A DNA stretch of 64,000 nucleotides from Candidatus Gallimonas intestinavium (GTDB lineage Bacteria > Bacillota > Clostridia > Christensenellales > Borkfalkiaceae). The notes under the pieces are model-generated. The model saw nothing but the letters and a program-made list of their open reading frames with translations, did no database searches and was not told the DNA's origin. The stretch spans positions 2,692 through 66,691 of the forward strand of contig DXBB01000073.1 in assembly GCA_019116755.1 (NCBI GenBank), given 5' to 3'. This document shows positions 42,143 to 51,019 of the stretch, in pieces. Both the position numbers and the translations under genes were made by a program. Position 1 is the first letter of the stretch. The number at the start of each line of letters is the position of its first letter.

Positions 42143-44407
42143 ATGATCATCACACTCAACGACAATTGGATATTCTTCAAAGATACGGCGGCGCCCACCG
42201 CCAACAAAGCGCAGGCGCCCGCTCAAGCTTCGGCGCAGGCAGGCGAAACAGTCACCCTGCCGCACACCTGGAACGCCATCGACGGTCAGGACGGCGGCAG
42301 CGATTATTTCCGCGGCGAATGCACCTACGCCCGCCTGCTCCCCGCCCTCACCCTCAAAGAGGACGAGGAAGCATACCTCTGCTTTTACGGCGTCTCGCAG
42401 ACGGCGGAAGTCTTCATAAGCGGCGAACTTGTCACTCGTCACGAGGGCGGCTATTCCCGCTTCTATGCCGACGTCACCCGCTTCTTCCGCATGGGCGGCT
42501 CCATGGAGCTCACCGTCCGCGTTTCTAACGCCGTCTCCGACCGCGTCTACCCGCAGGCGGCGGACTTCACCTTCTTCGGCGGCATTTACCGCAATGTCGA
42601 GCTTCTCATCGTCAACCGCTCCCACTTCGATCTCACGGCGATGGGCGGCGGCGTCAGGATCACGCCCAAAGAGAACGGCGGCGCATGGAGCGTCGAACTC
42701 ATGCCCTATGTCGTGGGCGGCGAACACGCCGAGATCTCCTGGCGCATCTTCGACGGCAATTCGCCCGCCGCAGATCAGACGCAAGCGCCCGTCGCATCCG
42801 CGCAGGCGCCCGCTTCTCAAACGGTCAACATTGCGATCCCCGATCCCGTCCTCTGGCAGGGCGTCGACGATCCGCACCTTTACACGCTCGAAGCCGTCCT
42901 TCTCTCTCCCGAAGGCAAAATTCTCGATACCTTTTCGGCGCGTTTTGGGCTGCGCACCTTTTCTATCGATCCCGAACGCGGCTTCTTCCTCAACGGCAAG
43001 AGCTATCCCTTGCGCGGCGTCTCCCGCCATCAGGACCGCGAGAACATGGGCTACGCCGTCACGCGCAGGGAGCACGAAGAGGATATCGCCCTCATCCGTG
43101 AGCTGGGTGCCAATTCCGTGCGCCTTGCCCACTATCAGCATGACGACTACTTCTATTCCCTCTGCGATGAAGCGGGTCTTGTCGTCTGGGCGGAAGTTCC
43201 CTATATCACGATGGAGCTCAAAGAAGGGCACGAGAACATCCTCTCGCAGTTCCGCGAGCTCATCACGCAGAATTATAACCACACCTGCATCGTCTGCTGG
43301 GGGCTCTCCAACGAGATCACCTTAAAGGGCGTCACCGACGGCATCATTCAAACGCACGCCGCCTTAAAAGCCCTCAAGGAAGAGCTCGATCCTTATCGCC
43401 CTTCGACGATGGCGCACATCAGTATGCTCCCGCCCGATTCTCCCTTCGTGGAGACGGCGGATATCTGCGCATGGAACCTCTACTTCGGCTGGTACGAAGG
43501 GAACGTCTCTCAGTACAAGCCCTGGCTCGACGCATTCCACGCCTCGCATCCCCGCCTTCCCGTCGGCCTTTCGGAGTACGGCGCAGACGCCCTCGTCGCC
43601 TATCAGTCGCCTAAGCCCGCCGTCGGCGATTATTCGGAGAGCTATCAGGAATATTATCACGAGAAACTTTTGGAACAGATCGAGAAGATGCCCTATCTCT
43701 GGTGCACTTACGTCTGGAACATGTTCGACTTCGCCGCCGACGCGCGCGAGGAGGCGGGCGATCCGGGCAAGAACCACAAGGGGCTTGTAACTTACGACCG
43801 CAAGATAAAAAAGGACGCCTTCTACGTCTACAAGGCACGCTGGAGCAGGCAGCCCTTTGTCCACCTTGCCGGCAGCCGCTACGTTTATCGCCACGAAGCG
43901 ACGACGAGCATCCGCGTCTACACCAACCTTCCCAAAGTCGCGCTCTATGTCGACCAAAAATTGTTTGCAGAGCAGGAGGGGAGATATCTCTTCTCCTTCG
44001 AAGTGCCCATTTCGGGCAGGCATCTGATCGAAGCGCGCGCGGAAGGCTGCTCCGATACGATCGCGATCGAGCACGTCGAAAAACCGTATGAAGGTTACCG
44101 CTGCAAGGTGAAGCAAGGGGCGGTCAATTGGCTCGACGGCTGCTCGGAAGAGGGCTTCGTCGTCACCGACCGCGTCGGCGATATCCTCGCCGTCCCCGAA
44201 GGCAGAGCGTTTATCGAACAGCTGCTTTCCTATGTCATCGAAAAACGGCGTGCAAAGGGTGCGCCCGTCCGCGAGCTGAGCGAGGAGCTCATCGAAGGCA
44301 TGACGGATCACTCCGTCGAGCGGATCTTCAACATGGCGGGCGATCTTCTCTCCGAACGCGAGCAGATCCACATCGTCCGCGCCCTCAATCGTGTGAAAAA
44401 GCCTTAA
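42143..44407 (+). CDS. GH2 glycosidase (beta-galactosidase/beta-glucuronidase family, 754 aa)
   Basis: Motifs LNGKSYPLRGVSRHQD, GANSVRLAHYQH, VVWAEVP, CWGLSNEI and WNMFDF. ATG 42143 is the only possible start after the in-frame TAA at 42089, and it has no recognisable SD. Confidence 0.85.
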   Translation: MIITLNDNWIFFKDTAAPTANKAQAPAQASAQAGETVTLPHTWNAIDGQDGGSDYFRGECTYARLLPALTLKEDEEAYLCFYGVSQTAEVFISGELVTRHEGGYSRFYADVTRFFRMGGSMELTVRVSNAVSDRVYPQAADFTFFGGIYRNVELLIVNRSHFDLTAMGGGVRITPKENGGAWSVELMPYVVGGEHAEISWRIFDGNSPAADQTQAPVASAQAPASQTVNIAIPDPVLWQGVDDPHLYTLEAVLLSPEGKILDTFSARFGLRTFSIDPERGFFLNGKSYPLRGVSRHQDRENMGYAVTRREHEEDIALIRELGANSVRLAHYQHDDYFYSLCDEAGLVVWAEVPYITMELKEGHENILSQFRELITQNYNHTCIVCWGLSNEITLKGVTDGIIQTHAALKALKEELDPYRPSTMAHISMLPPDSPFVETADICAWNLYFGWYEGNVSQYKPWLDAFHASHPRLPVGLSEYGADALVAYQSPKPAVGDYSESYQEYYHEKLLEQIEKMPYLWCTYVWNMFDFAADAREEAGDPGKNHKGLVTYDRKIKKDAFYVYKARWSRQPFVHLAGSRYVYRHEATTSIRVYTNLPKVALYVDQKLFAEQEGRYLFSFEVPISGRHLIEARAEGCSDTIAIEHVEKPYEGYRCKVKQGAVNWLDGCSEEGFVVTDRVGDILAVPEGRAFIEQLLSYVIEKRRAKGAPVRELSEELIEGMTDHSVERIFNMAGDLLSEREQIHIVRALNRVKKP

Positions 44408-44508
44408 AATGTGTCAAAAATCGGGGCAAACCGTGCAGAAATCGGGCAAAAATAATGTGAAAATTTCACCCCAACGAAGGCAAAAATCATTATAGTGAGA
44501 TAGATAAT

Positions 44509-45114
44509 ATGAATATCGAAACATTGTTCAACGGAAAGAAGATCATCCCCGTCGTTACAATAGATCGAATGGAAGATTGTGAACGTATCTTCGGCGGTCT
44601 TTCAGACGGCGGCCTCCTCGCCGCCGAGGTCTGCTTTCGGACGGAGTGCGCCGAAGAGGCCATCCGCTATGCAAGAAAGACTTATCCGAAGATGCTCGTG
44701 GGGGCGGGAACGGTCATCGACGGCGGGCAGTGCCGCAGGGCACTGGGCGCCGGGGCGCAGTTTATCGTCTCTCCAGGGCTTTCCGAGGACGTCGCGCTGC
44801 TTTCGGCGCAGGCGGATGTTCCGTACCTTCCCGGCACGGTGACGCCCACGGGCATCATACGTGCCCTGGCGCTCGGCATCGACCGCATCAAATTTTTCCC
44901 CGCCTGCAACTTCGGCGGCCTTGCGGGGATCAAGTCGCTCTCGGCGGCGTTCCCGCAGGTGCGCTTCATGCCGACGGGCGGCGTTGATCAAGAAAATTTA
45001 ACAGATTATCTTGCATACCCCAAGATCTTCGCCTGCGGCGGCACCTGGATGACCCGCGGCTCAAGAGAGGAAATTGCGCAGAAATCCCGCGCCGCTTTGG
45101 CGCTTCTCAAATAG
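44509..45114 (+). CDS. eda: KDPG / KHG aldolase (second copy)
   Basis: AAEVCFRTECAEEAI, VGAGTV, KFFPA and MPTGGV. Collinear with 11207-11827 over its full length. Confidence 0.9.
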   Translation: MNIETLFNGKKIIPVVTIDRMEDCERIFGGLSDGGLLAAEVCFRTECAEEAIRYARKTYPKMLVGAGTVIDGGQCRRALGAGAQFIVSPGLSEDVALLSAQADVPYLPGTVTPTGIIRALALGIDRIKFFPACNFGGLAGIKSLSAAFPQVRFMPTGGVDQENLTDYLAYPKIFACGGTWMTRGSREEIAQKSRAALALLK

Positions 45115-45119
45115 ACGAT

Positions 45120-45748
45120 ATGCAGGTTTTTGCTGTCATTTTTCCGGTCATTCTGATGATCGGTCTGGGGGTGTTTTGCCGCGGAGCGAAGCTCCTTTCG
45201 CGCGAGGGCGTTTCCGATATCAAGCGGCTCGTCATGAGCATCATGCTCCCTGTTGCCATCTTTCACGCGCTCGGGAGCGCCGATTACGGCGTGGACCTCG
45301 GTGTCCGCATCGCCGTGATGCTGGGCGCCATCCTTCTTTCCTTCGGGATGGGTTTTTTGCTTCGCCCGCTTGTCAAAGAGCCGTATCGCAAGTATGTTCC
45401 CATCCTCGTGAGCGTATATGAGGGCGGCATGATCGGATATCCGCTCTACACGAGCCTGTGCAGCACGGAAAACCTCCCCGTTTGCTCGGCCCGTGCCTTG
45501 CGACCATCATCTGCCGCATCGTGGTGCAGAGCGTGCTGGCTTTTGCCGTCGTCTTCCTTTTTCGGGCGCTGTTCGGGGCAGATATGCTGCGCGATCTTGC
45601 GGTCATCCTGCTGATGGCTTCCCCCGCACCCTTTTCGATGCAGTCCTTTCTGACGACGGAAGAGGGGAGCCGCTATGTTTCAACGGTCAATTCGCTGTAC
45701 TGCCTTGTCACCGTTTCCGTGTACATTGTTTTGGCGTGCCTCGTGTGA
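45120..45748 (+). pseudogene. Frameshifted and internally deleted AEC (auxin-efflux-carrier, PF03547-like) family transporter
   Basis: The frame from 45120 gives a good N-terminal AEC-like membrane sequence (MQVFAVIFPVILMIGLGVF...GGMIGYPLYTSLC), then degenerates near 45480. A different frame (45458-45748) carries the AEC-like C-terminus (AVILLMASPAPFSMQSF...SLYCLVTVSVYIVLACLV). The combined length is only about 210 aa, against roughly 300 aa for the family. No SD. Confidence 0.65.
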
Positions 45749-45821
45749 AACAGCTTCGGCAGCAGGTTCACATATGCTCAAAAAACGAGATTTAATATAA
45801 TTAAAAATTGGAGATTATACA

Positions 45822-46445
45822 ATGATCAAAAACAACGATACCATTCTCTTTGCGGGCGATTCCACGACGGACGCGGATAAGAAGGCGACGTTTCGGGAGC
45901 TCGGGAACGGATATGTGAAACTCATCTTTCACTTTCTGCGCGCCTTCCGTCCCGAGGAGAAGTATTACATCGTCAATGCGGGAGTGAGCGGCAACACGTC
46001 GCGCGATCTTCTTGCCCGCTGGGAGCCGGATGTTCTCGCGAAAAAGCCCGATGTCGTCTTCTGCATGATCGGCATCAACGACGTGTGGAGGCACTTTGAT
46101 GTGTTTGAAAAGGAGGACTACTACGTCTCTTTGGAGGAATACGAGCGCAACCTCGAACAAATGGCGGAAAGCGCCGACAACGTGCGGGAGTTTGTGTTCG
46201 TTTCGCCCTTCTTCATGGAGGGAAACGGGGCAGACCCGATGCGGCAGATGACGGAGCGGTACGCCGCCGTGATGAAGAAGGTCGCTGATCGCCGCGGACT
46301 CAGATTTGTGGATATGCAGGCTGCGTTCGATATATTCTTACAGCACCGTTCCGGCATTTCAATTTCTTGGGACCGCGTGCACCCCGGCGATACCGGCTCC
46401 ATGATCATCGCCCGCAGGCTGCTCGAAGAGATGGGTGTCATCTGA
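45822..46445 (+). CDS. SGNH/GDSL hydrolase (esterase)
   Basis: Block I FAGDSTTD, block III GVSGNTS, block V DRVHP. A rho-independent terminator follows. Confidence 0.8.
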   Translation: MIKNNDTILFAGDSTTDADKKATFRELGNGYVKLIFHFLRAFRPEEKYYIVNAGVSGNTSRDLLARWEPDVLAKKPDVVFCMIGINDVWRHFDVFEKEDYYVSLEEYERNLEQMAESADNVREFVFVSPFFMEGNGADPMRQMTERYAAVMKKVADRRGLRFVDMQAAFDIFLQHRSGISISWDRVHPGDTGSMIIARRLLEEMGVI

Positions 46446-46483
46446 CGAGGAGACGGGCGTCATCTGAACAGAATATGCAATGT

Positions 46484-46513
46484 ACCCTGCGGAGAATACT
46501 GCAGGGTTTTTTT
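46484..46513 (+). terminator. Rho-independent terminator after the SGNH esterase gene
   Basis: ACCCTGC, 10-nt loop, GCAGGGT, T7. Confidence 0.7.
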
Positions 46514-46517
46514 GAGC

Positions 46518-46550
46518 AAAAAAAGGGAACTCCCGAAGATCGGGAGCTCC
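46518..46550 (-). terminator. Rho-independent terminator of the minus-strand GH39 operon
   Basis: On the minus strand: GGAGCTCCCG, ATCTT, CGGGAGTTCC, then a T-run. Confidence 0.7.
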
Positions 46551-46578
46551 TTGATAGGGGGAAATGAAGAATGAACGG

Positions 46579-47595
46579 TCAGTGGAGGGTTTCGCCGAGG
46601 AAGGAGAGCAGCTCTTTAAGGCCCTCTCTTGCGGGCGCTTCCGCAAGGCGGAAGAGATAGTCGTGGGGGACGGCGCCGCCGTCCTTTGCAAAGTAGAGCT
46701 CTTTGACGGGGATGTCTTTCCGGCGCAGGGCTTCGCCCAAGGCGCGGTTTTGTACCTCGAAGCTGCCCTCGTTGCCATCGGTGAGAAAGGCGGGCGGGAA
46801 GTCTTGCGTGACTTGCGGCGCGATGACCGTCTCCTTCACCGCGCGGCTCCTGTGCCAGAAGAGCTTCCCGAAGTATGCCCTGCCCCAGAGATCGACGAGG
46901 AAGAGAATTTTTTTATCGTGCGCCTTTGCATAGCGGCGCAGGGTGGGAAGATCGAAGGGCCCCGAAACGAGGGCAACGCCTTTGAGCGGAAAGGAAAGGC
47001 GGCGCGGGAGGCGCATCCCTTCGGAAAGCGCTGCGTTCGTCTCCTTTGCCGCAAATTGGGCGGCGAGCTGGGCGCCCGCCGAGTCCCCGCCAAGGACGAT
47101 GCGGGCAAGGTCGATGGGGCAGCGTTCGGAACGTTCCGGAAGGGAGGCAAAGAAGGCATCGATCGCCCGGAGCGCCGCGGGATAGCGGTGTTCGGGCGCG
47201 ACGGGGTAGTCGAGGCTCACAGCCGCATAGCCCGCCGCCGCAAGGCAGGTCATCACGTTCTCGGTGCCCTCCTTCTCGCCTGCGATAAAGCCGCCGCCGT
47301 GGATCCACACGACAAGAGGAAGGGGCTGCGCTTTGTCGGCGTCCTTCGGAAGATAGAGATCGAATTTGTTTGCGGGATATTTGGAAGGGTAGACGAGGTC
47401 TTTCTGTACGGTGACGCGGGCGCGGAGCTCGTCATAGCTCTCGGGATAAGAGAGGGCGGCCTCGTCGATGGGGCCGCTCCGCATTTTTTTGGCGGCAAGA
47501 CGAGGGAGCACTTCCAGAAGGAGAGCAATCGCCGCCAACAGCGCGATGCCCGCAAGGACGACAAGGACGATGAGGACAATGAGGAGCGGGGTCAT
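46579..47595 (-). CDS. Membrane-anchored alpha/beta-hydrolase esterase (HSL family)
   Basis: N-terminal TM helix (LLIVLIVLVVLAGIALLAAIALLL), HGGG motif (VWIHGGGFIAG), nucleophile GGDSAGAQL. ATGA overlap with the upstream gene. Confidence 0.8.
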   Translation of the reverse strand: MTPLLIVLIVLVVLAGIALLAAIALLLEVLPRLAAKKMRSGPIDEAALSYPESYDELRARVTVQKDLVYPSKYPANKFDLYLPKDADKAQPLPLVVWIHGGGFIAGEKEGTENVMTCLAAAGYAAVSLDYPVAPEHRYPAALRAIDAFFASLPERSERCPIDLARIVLGGDSAGAQLAAQFAAKETNAALSEGMRLPRRLSFPLKGVALVSGPFDLPTLRRYAKAHDKKILFLVDLWGRAYFGKLFWHRSRAVKETVIAPQVTQDFPPAFLTDGNEGSFEVQNRALGEALRRKDIPVKELYFAKDGGAVPHDYLFRLAEAPAREGLKELLSFLGETLH

Positions 47596-49316
47596 CCGTT
47601 TCCCTCCGTGAGCGCCCGAAGGAGCGCATCATAGAAGGCGAGATAGTCCTTGTTTTCTTCCGAGAAGATGCCCTCGTTTGTGCAGAAGTCGTCCTTCATA
47701 TAGGTGGAGACTTCTTTGTTCTTCAGAATGAGCGAGAGAGCTTCCTCGATAGCCTCCTCCCGGCCGCGGTCCTTCAAAAGGTGCAGCATCTCGTAGATCT
47801 GCAGCATCTTCCGGAGGGCAAAATAGCGGATGGAGAAGAGCACGCCGCCACTCTTTGCGGGATAGAGGAAGTTGACGTCCCCTGCGGGGAGGGCGGTATT
47901 GTTGTAGCGGATATCTTCGAGGGGGCGTTCCGTCCAGCAGGTGTACGCCCAGCGCAGAAAGCCGTCGAATCCGAACCGATACCCGATGGCGGCGAGCGCC
48001 GTGCTTTCGTACAGCTCGTTGTGGAGCACCGTGTTGGGGGCGTTCTTGGGGATGTTGCAGACGTAGAAGAGAAGGCGCGTGCCCTTCTTTTGTTTTACGT
48101 CCTTGAGGAGGGCGCGGTTTTCGCAACTGCAGGGGAAGGAGGCGGCGATGTCGTCCGTGTCCTCGCAGAACGTCCGGATGGCGGCCGTCTTGTCGAGCGC
48201 CATCTTGAATTTGATGTCGGGCGCCAGGGAGCGCAGGAGGGCGACGTTCTTGCGATAGGCGGCAAGGTCGGCAGGTTCGTCCGCGCCGATGCGCACGAGA
48301 TCGAATACGCCCATTTCGCGCAGGGCGTCAAAGAGGGCGCGGATGTAGGCGAGGATGTCCTCCGTCTTTTTCAGGTATTTGAAGCAGCCGTCCGCTTCGT
48401 CGAGATAGCGGATGAGCACCTGTTCGGGGTAGTCCTCGGGTGCGCTCCCTGCAAAGAGGGGCATGTGCGACCAGATGCCCATGAGGCCGTAGAGGGTGAT
48501 GTCTCCGCGGATGCCGTAGGAAAAGCACAGCTCGATATACCGCCTGAGCGCGGAAAAATCGTAGGAAAAACGGCCGTCCTTCTCTTGGGTGACGGCGATC
48601 ATGGAGTACTCGAAGAGGGTCGCGGGGTGATCTTTCAAAAGATAGCAGCCCCAGCCCCGCCACGGGCAGTCGCCCGCGACGACGGTGATCGACCGCTGGC
48701 CGAGATCGGCGAGCGTCGCGATGACCTGTTCCATCTTGGCGAAGTGCTCGTCGCTCCACAGCTCGGTGCCGAAGGTGCGCGCGATGTTGCTGTTGTGCTG
48801 CCACAGATCGAGGTGGCAGCGCCATTGCTGCGGCGAGGGAAGGACGTAGGAGCAGACGTTGAGCGTGAGCGTGCTTTCAAAGACCTTCTCCTCGGCAAAG
48901 GCGCCTACGGCGCGGAATACGCGCACGGTGATCGGGTACTGCCCCGCCTTTGCGTCCGCGGGAACGTCCACGAGGATGTGCGCGGGGGCAAAGAGACCGC
49001 CCTCGTATGTCTGCGGGCCGTTATGGAGCACTTCGGCACAGGGGATGCCGTTCTCGTCCTCGAGGTATCCCTCCGTGCGCACGGTGCAGGCAAAGGGTGC
49101 CTCCACGGCGATGCGGAAGCGGGGGAGACCGAGCTCATAAGTGAGCGCGGGAGAAGTCCCCGGGTCCAGGATGCAGCGCGTGCCGGTCTCGGCGAGGAGC
49201 TGGAAGCAGGCGCTGTCGTTGCGGGCGCAGGAGAGCGTCTGCAGGGGAGCGGGGCGCTTGGCGCGGACGCTGCCGCGCGCCTTGAAGTATTCGTCGGTGA
49301 GGATAAAATTCATCAT
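47592..49316 (-). CDS. Hypothetical glycoside-hydrolase-like protein (resembles DUF4091/GH123-type proteins)
   Basis: The real start is the ATGATG at 49316 (MMNFILTDEYF), in an ATGA overlap with the GH39 stop. The track ORF to 49949 is an Arg-rich in-frame extension that overlaps GH39. The family call comes from my recollection of DUF4091-like sequence (HLDLWQH, DCPWRGWGCY, FLRWAY) and is unverified. Confidence 0.5.
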   Translation of the reverse strand: MMNFILTDEYFKARGSVRAKRPAPLQTLSCARNDSACFQLLAETGTRCILDPGTSPALTYELGLPRFRIAVEAPFACTVRTEGYLEDENGIPCAEVLHNGPQTYEGGLFAPAHILVDVPADAKAGQYPITVRVFRAVGAFAEEKVFESTLTLNVCSYVLPSPQQWRCHLDLWQHNSNIARTFGTELWSDEHFAKMEQVIATLADLGQRSITVVAGDCPWRGWGCYLLKDHPATLFEYSMIAVTQEKDGRFSYDFSALRRYIELCFSYGIRGDITLYGLMGIWSHMPLFAGSAPEDYPEQVLIRYLDEADGCFKYLKKTEDILAYIRALFDALREMGVFDLVRIGADEPADLAAYRKNVALLRSLAPDIKFKMALDKTAAIRTFCEDTDDIAASFPCSCENRALLKDVKQKKGTRLLFYVCNIPKNAPNTVLHNELYESTALAAIGYRFGFDGFLRWAYTCWTERPLEDIRYNNTALPAGDVNFLYPAKSGGVLFSIRYFALRKMLQIYEMLHLLKDRGREEAIEEALSLILKNKEVSTYMKDDFCTNEGIFSEENKDYLAFYDALLRALTEGNG

Positions 49317-50872
49317 GATGCAAAGTAGAGGGTGACAAGCGCCATTCCCTGGGGGGGAAGGGTGAGCGTGAGGGCGGCGGTGCCGTCCTTGAGCGTGAGC
49401 GGGAGTTCCTCGCGGGTCAGACAGGAGGCCGCATGAAGGGAGGCGAGCTGCGCCTCGGTGAGGTAGGTGGGGGAGCCCATTTTGAGCCATGTCTCGATGG
49501 CGTTGGCGTGCGTCTTGTCCACGCGGACGAGATCGCCTGTTTGCAGCATAGTAGCATTTTCCGTCTGCAATGTCAAGGAGATGCTCTCCTCCCGGATGTC
49601 GTGCATGAGCGAGTGATGGTTGACGGCGACAAGTTTGAGCGTCTTGTCCCGCTCGTCGGGGAAGAGGTAGATGTCCACCGTGCCGTCGGAGAGCACCCTT
49701 TCGTAGCGGACTTCGGGCAGGCGGTGTAAAAGCTCGAAGGCGCGGTAGGGGGCTTTGGGGATGCCGTGCAGCGTCGCAAGGCCGAATCCGCCGTGAAATT
49801 CCATGCTTGCCATGCTCTTTTCTTCCACGATGTCGGAGAACGTCCAATAGGAACAGCCGTCGATGATGCCGATGTTGTCGAGCACCGTCTTGGCGATAAA
49901 GGAGGCGCCGAACTCGCCGTCCGTTGCAAGGCCCGCGAGGCTGCTCCACTCGGTGTAGAAGAGGGGCAGATCCCCCGCTTCGCTGCGGGCGCGCTTTGCC
50001 ATCTCAGTGAGGACGCCGCGGTCCACTTTCTCCCAGATGTCCGCCTGGAAGGTCATGTAGTGCTTTAAAAGTTCGTGGATCTTGTCGAGGTCGCTCTTAT
50101 CGGTGCTGTTGAACTCCTTGACGAAGTTTTTGCTGTCCTCGACGCCGTAGCCGAGCACGATGTCGGTGGGGTAGTGATGGGTGCTGACAAAGTCGAGGGG
50201 GAGATCGTTCTTCTGGCAGAAGGCGATCATGTCGGGAATGTGCGCGTTGTTGGAGGTCGCGGGACCGCCCACGCGGAGGAGGGGATCGATCTCCTTGACC
50301 GCCGTCGCGGTGATGCGGTAGAGTTCGTAGTAGTCCTGCATATTGCCGCTCCAGAAGCGGCCGCCCGCGAGCCCGTTTTCGCCGTCGAGGTTGGGTTCGT
50401 TCCACACTTCAAAGTACCAGGTGCGCACTTCGTCGCGTCCGTAGCGTTCGATGAGGTGGGAGATGAACTCCTTGATGAGCCATACCCAGCGGTCGGGATC
50501 GTTCGGCGGGGTGATGTTCGCCTTGTAGTGGAAGATGGTCTCGTTCCCGCTCTTCAGGCATTCGGGCATGAATCCGAGCTCGACGAAGGGCTTCATGCCG
50601 ATGGAGAGCAGGAAGTCATAGATGCTGTCGATGTTGACGAAGGAGAGGAGATATTCCGAAGAAAAGAGGGAGCGCGAAAGGACGCTCATGTCGTCGCAGA
50701 ACAGCCCGTGGAAGCGAAGATACTGAAAGCCGAGGCGGCGGTGCACTTCGCGGAGCTGCCGGCGGTAGTCCTCGCGGAGGGCCAGCGCCGCGTGGCAGCT
50801 TCCCACGCTCATCTCCCAATGTTTCTTGTAGGGTGCGGTCTTTTCTTTGAGATCGAAAATAAATTGCTTCAT
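49313..50872 (-). CDS. GH39 glycoside hydrolase (beta-xylosidase/alpha-L-iduronidase family)
   Basis: Start at ATG 50872 (MKQFIFDLKEK). Motifs YLRFHGLF and WYFEVWNEPNL (catalytic acid/base region), with a TIM barrel plus beta-sandwich layout. Confidence 0.8.
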   Translation of the reverse strand: MKQFIFDLKEKTAPYKKHWEMSVGSCHAALALREDYRRQLREVHRRLGFQYLRFHGLFCDDMSVLSRSLFSSEYLLSFVNIDSIYDFLLSIGMKPFVELGFMPECLKSGNETIFHYKANITPPNDPDRWVWLIKEFISHLIERYGRDEVRTWYFEVWNEPNLDGENGLAGGRFWSGNMQDYYELYRITATAVKEIDPLLRVGGPATSNNAHIPDMIAFCQKNDLPLDFVSTHHYPTDIVLGYGVEDSKNFVKEFNSTDKSDLDKIHELLKHYMTFQADIWEKVDRGVLTEMAKRARSEAGDLPLFYTEWSSLAGLATDGEFGASFIAKTVLDNIGIIDGCSYWTFSDIVEEKSMASMEFHGGFGLATLHGIPKAPYRAFELLHRLPEVRYERVLSDGTVDIYLFPDERDKTLKLVAVNHHSLMHDIREESISLTLQTENATMLQTGDLVRVDKTHANAIETWLKMGSPTYLTEAQLASLHAASCLTREELPLTLKDGTAALTLTLPPQGMALVTLYFAS

Positions 50873-50961
50873 GCGTCGCCTCTCATGGGTGATTTTTTCT
50901 GTATTGTAGCGGAAGAAAGGGAGTTTGTATGTCAGAATATCTACCAAAATGGTAAAAAGGC

Positions 50962-50990
50962 TTGTATTTTTTGCGAGTTTCCGTTATAAT
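50962..50990 (+). promoter_or_regulatory. Putative promoter of the second AraC gene, followed by the palindrome ATCACAAAAAGTGAT (50991-51005)
   Basis: TTGTAT (50962-50967), 17-nt spacer, TATAAT (50985-50990). Confidence 0.5.
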
Positions 50991-51019
50991 ATCACAAAAA
51001 GTGATCGGGAGGGACGAAG

